This document shows, in pieces, positions 62,223-64,000 of a stretch of 64,000 bases of DNA. Positions within the stretch are counted from its first letter, which is position 1; the number at the start of each line of letters is the position of its first letter. The notes beneath the pieces are model-generated. The model was not told the origin of the DNA, did not search any database, and saw nothing but the letters and a program-made list of their open reading frames with translations. The position numbers and the translations under genes are program-made. Origin of the DNA: an uncultured beta proteobacterium (GTDB lineage: Bacteria > Pseudomonadota > Gammaproteobacteria > Burkholderiales > Burkholderiaceae_C); contig CAISJH010000500.1 of NCBI GenBank assembly GCA_903885585.1, forward strand, positions 22,039-86,038, read 5' to 3'.

Positions 62223-62268
62223 TGCGTGGCACCGCAAGCGCCTGGCGCCGTGTATCACCGACGGAGCG

Positions 62269-62745
62269 TTGATCGTGTCCACTTTTGCTGCTTTCATGGA
62301 CGAGTTGGCGCAGCGCCGCGGCATTCGCCGCACGCAGGACGGCGGTGCCGTGCGCTACCGCCTTCGCCTGCCCGAAGACGCCACTCTCAACGTTGTGACG
62401 CAGGAGCTCGACCCTACGGCCTACGCGCTGGTGCTGTCGGAGCCCTGGCCCATGCCCGTCACGTCGTCGGGATATGCGCAGTTTCTGCGCGAGGCGCTGG
62501 TCTTCAACCGCAATGCCCTGCACCACCTGCCCTGCGCCATCCTGCAGGACCCAGCCAACTCCAGCCTCTACCGCCTGACCTGGCGCGTCCCCCCGATCTC
62601 GCTGCCGCAAGCCGAATGGCGACAGCAGTTGCGGCTGTTCGGCACGCTCAGCCGCAAGGCCTGGGAGACCCTGCCCAAGCCCGGCCTGGACCCCAGGGTC
62701 AGGAGACCCTCGGGCGATGAGCACCACGTCATCTTCATGCCTTGA
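62269..62745 (+). CDS. Putative T3SS chaperone (YscB/SycN-like class I fold)
   Basis: Small protein with helix-strands-LREALVFN-strands-amphipathic helix pattern; lies between sctC and sctO. Confidence 0.55.
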   Translation: MIVSTFAAFMDELAQRRGIRRTQDGGAVRYRLRLPEDATLNVVTQELDPTAYALVLSEPWPMPVTSSGYAQFLREALVFNRNALHHLPCAILQDPANSSLYRLTWRVPPISLPQAEWRQQLRLFGTLSRKAWETLPKPGLDPRVRRPSGDEHHVIFMP

Positions 62746-62784
62746 CACGGACGGCATGAACCGCATCAACGCCACCGGTCGCCC

Positions 62785-63282
62785 ATGAGCGAGATCCGCG
62801 CACTCCGCGAAGTTGAAGGCATCCGCGTTCGCCGGGTGGATGAAGCGCAGGATCAGTTGCGACGCGCGCAGCAGCGCCAGCGAGAAGCTGAGCAGGCCTT
62901 GGCCAAGGCGCAGCAGGCCTTGGCCGACTACCGCCAGCGGCTGCCCAATCTCATCGAGCAGCTGTACACCGACTGCATCGACCACCTCGTCAGCCGAGAG
63001 TTCCTGCAGGACAAGGTCCATGAAGAGACCCGACTGCGCTCCAAGGTCGAGGACTTCAAGGCGCAGGTCACCGAGACCACCAAGGCCTTGGAGGCCGCGA
63101 AGAAGGCCGTGGTGGAGGCGCAACTGCGCCTGAACATCGAGCGCATGAAGCTGGACGCGCTGCAGGAGCTCATCCGCGCAGAGCGCCGCAAGCTGGCGGT
63201 GGCCCAGGCCCGCGCCGACGCCAAGGTACTGGACGACCTGGCAGGTTCCAAGTTCGTGCGCGCCATGCGCAAGGCGGCTTGA
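62785..63282 (+). CDS. sctO: T3SS stalk protein (YscO/FliJ-like)
   Basis: 165-aa coiled coil starting LREVEGIRVRRVDEAQ..., typical YscO-like pattern. Confidence 0.75.
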   Translation: MSEIRALREVEGIRVRRVDEAQDQLRRAQQRQREAEQALAKAQQALADYRQRLPNLIEQLYTDCIDHLVSREFLQDKVHEETRLRSKVEDFKAQVTETTKALEAAKKAVVEAQLRLNIERMKLDALQELIRAERRKLAVAQARADAKVLDDLAGSKFVRAMRKAA

Positions 63283-63322
63283 GCGCGCCTTGATCGCCTC
63301 GCGCGGAGCTTCTGTGGCGCGG

Positions 63323-64000
63323 CTACCTCACGCGGTCAGCGGCAGCTGACCCTGACGTCTGCACCAGCACCGTCAACAAGGCATGCAGCAAGGCCTGCTC
63401 CTGCGAAGAAGCGGTGCTGCTCAACGCAAAACGAATTTCAGGCTCAATCGCTTGCAGCAGGGCGTGCGCCAGCCGAAGCGCTTCCGGCGATGCGGCGCTG
63501 CCGGCCTGACCGTTCAGCGTCTCGCCCCCCAGTCGCTGCATCACCACATTCAAGACCGGGCCGAAGCCGCGGCTGGCCAATGCTCCGGCATCTGCGCCTT
63601 GCAGCAAGGCCAGCAGTGCCTTGACCGTCTTCAGCAACACGTCCCCGGAGGCCTTCATCAGCTCCAGCGCGCTGCGCTGACCTGGCAGCTCGGCCGTGTC
63701 TGCGCTTGACGAAGACACGCCCAGGGCGGACGCCGCGGCGCAGCGGCCAATCTCCCTGAACAGCTCCGGAGGCAGAGGCACCATCTGGAAAGCAAGATAG
63801 GGCGGCTGGACACTGCCATGCGCCTGCATCAGGCACTTTCGCAGCGCAAAGAGACGCTCCACGGTCTTGTAATCGTCCATGGCAGCAGCAGCGGCCATGA
63901 GGCGGTCCAGCGCGCCGAGGTGGGGCACGATGTGCTGACAGGCGGCGCGCAGGCGATCCCGGCTGCTGAGGCGATGGACGTACTCCATCTCTGACAAGGC
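63323..64000 (-). CDS. Hypothetical helical protein, probably T3SS-associated; frame open to the window edge
   Basis: 224-aa ORF convergent with sctO; start uncertain. Confidence 0.5.
   Translation of the reverse strand, partial: ALSEMEYVHRLSSRDRLRAACQHIVPHLGALDRLMAAAAAMDDYKTVERLFALRKCLMQAHGSVQPPYLAFQMVPLPPELFREIGRCAAASALGVSSSSADTAELPGQRSALELMKASGDVLLKTVKALLALLQGADAGALASRGFGPVLNVVMQRLGGETLNGQAGSAASPEALRLAHALLQAIEPEIRFALSSTASSQEQALLHALLTVLVQTSGSAAADRVR

Noticed and set aside
1-64000. CRISPR array, tRNA, rRNA, integrase or diversity-generating retroelement
   Set aside because: No regularly spaced repeats, RNA gene signatures, recombinase or reverse-transcriptase ORFs were detected by eye.

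Overview
High-GC window, probably a betaproteobacterium of the Burkholderiales (inferred from Bug/TctC proteins, codon style and gene families). It is the flank of a type III secretion system (T3SS) island. The right end carries a YscC/HrcC-type secretin (sctC), a chaperone-like gene and an sctO-like stalk gene. Divergent from sctC is a 22.3-kb ORF (7,437 aa) built from several repeat families. It ends in a ~340-aa module whose two helices resemble T3SS tip/filament proteins (LcrV, Bsp22, EspA/SseB), making it a candidate giant needle-tip or filament protein. To its left lie about ten candidate effectors: a SopB/IpgD-like phosphatase with an internal TAG, a PI-kinase-like protein, a PLD with a CesT-like chaperone, a flavoprotein-like protein, an NPxY-motif protein, a paralog pair with SGxT/DGGHS motifs, and others. 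Many share an N-terminal module. A palindromic box, TAGAC-N4-GTCTA, recurs upstream of these units, the giant gene and sctC (degenerate copies at the last two). Interleaved are a Rieske/ferric-reductase/YHS redox module, a Tat carbonic anhydrase, two toxin-antitoxin pairs, and a CoA-transferase/MaoC/CitE catabolic block bounded by a 56-bp collapsed IS21-like scar. No rRNA, tRNA, CRISPR or integrase was seen. All family assignments come from motif reading, not database searches.
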